The notes beneath the pieces were generated by a model. That model saw nothing but the letters and a program-made list of their open reading frames with translations, did not search any database and was not told the DNA's origin. A DNA stretch of 64,000 bases from Desulfuromonadales bacterium (lineage in GTDB: Bacteria; Desulfobacterota; Desulfuromonadia; Desulfuromonadales; JAGXHI01): contig JAGXHI010000042.1 in assembly GCA_024636295.1 (NCBI GenBank), positions 7,647 through 71,646 on the forward strand, in the 5' to 3' direction. Positions within the stretch are counted from its first letter, which is position 1. Each line of letters begins with the position of its first letter. This document shows positions 63,565 to 64,000 of the stretch, one piece after another. Both the position numbers and the translations under genes were made by a program.

Positions 63565-64000
63565 GCGGGTTTGATGAATGGAAAGGGGCAGGCTGCCGTT
63601 GAGCGGCCTCGGCGGCGCTCGACCACAACTAACGCCGCGATCCGCTCCAGCGGCGGGTTATGATCGCATGCCGCGCGGCCGCAGAACGACTCGATTCCAA
63701 GGGCATTGGGCTTGACCGACACTTCCGCGTCAATGGGCCACAGAATCAGTACCATTTTAGCCGAAAGTATTACCTGCTCCGGCGACGGCTGGGGAGTGCG
63801 AACTGAAAAAAATGTGGTGCCTTTCGTCATAGGTGTTGTATTTTGGCGGGGTCAAACCGACTGTCCCGCAATGACGGATCCTTAGGAAAAGGCCATGCAA
63901 AGCCTGCCCAATGGTCTGCCAGATAATTTGAAAATTTCAGGAAAACCGGCTTCCCATTCCCGGAGTTCCCTTCAGTCCGCCATCGCGTTCGGACTTTTCG

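Overview
The window looks like a chromosomal segment from a Desulfuromonadales/Geobacter-like deltaproteobacterium. This rests on high GC, many multihaem c-type cytochromes, sigma-54 promoters and a split glutamate synthase. I found no rRNA, tRNA, CRISPR array, transposase or integrase.

Gene content from left to right:
- 1-2560 (minus strand): the cobalamin nucleotide-loop operon cobO-cobU-cobT-cobS, behind a clear AdoCbl riboswitch with its terminator.
- 2602-6194: engB, a ferritin, a rubrerythrin-like protein and two MBL-fold hydrolases.
- 6441-8874: a DUF4382 lipoprotein and an outer-membrane barrel.
- 9016-27717 (minus strand): an 18.7 kb, translationally coupled glycan biosynthesis and modification operon. 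It contains a TPR-bearing PMT/TMTC-like GT-C enzyme, a DUF2304-GT2 fusion, two further GT2 and one GT4 glycosyltransferases, a deacetylase, a methyltransferase and a YkgJ Cys-cluster protein. It also contains a CelD-like GNAT, an SxtJ / carbamoyltransferase / DUF5989 trio, two SGNH proteins and a flippase.
- 27883-33596: directly downstream, a porin-cytochrome-type cluster of a barrel, a periplasmic decahaem, an octahaem lipoprotein and a 12(+1)-haem lipoprotein.
- 34530-36894: a frameshifted decahaem lipoprotein with a collagen-like Gly-X-Y tract.
- 37553-43124: uvrD/pcrA, a TIGR01212 radical SAM protein and a GAF histidine kinase with a CheY-like regulator.
- 43283-52169: an alpha-glucan/glycogen cluster.
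- 52216-63564: an HNH nuclease, trkAH, a hydrolase, amt and a three-gene split glutamate synthase. The last two units sit behind good GG-N10-GC sigma-54 promoters.

Most notable observations:
- The non-canonical conduit cluster and its haem-free paralogous barrel.
- Collagen-like linkers on the surface cytochromes, encoded by a 9-bp tandem repeat.
- A CCC-TAA frameshift site in the decahaem gene.
- A four-helix-bundle (IVS-protein-type) gene flanked by ~80-nt direct repeats. It sits in a dense array of GTTGAA/TTCAAC hexamers and splits the SxtI/J/K-like module.
- A 7-bp microsatellite in the uvrD promoter region.

All functional calls come from reading motifs in the translations by eye. No database search was run.
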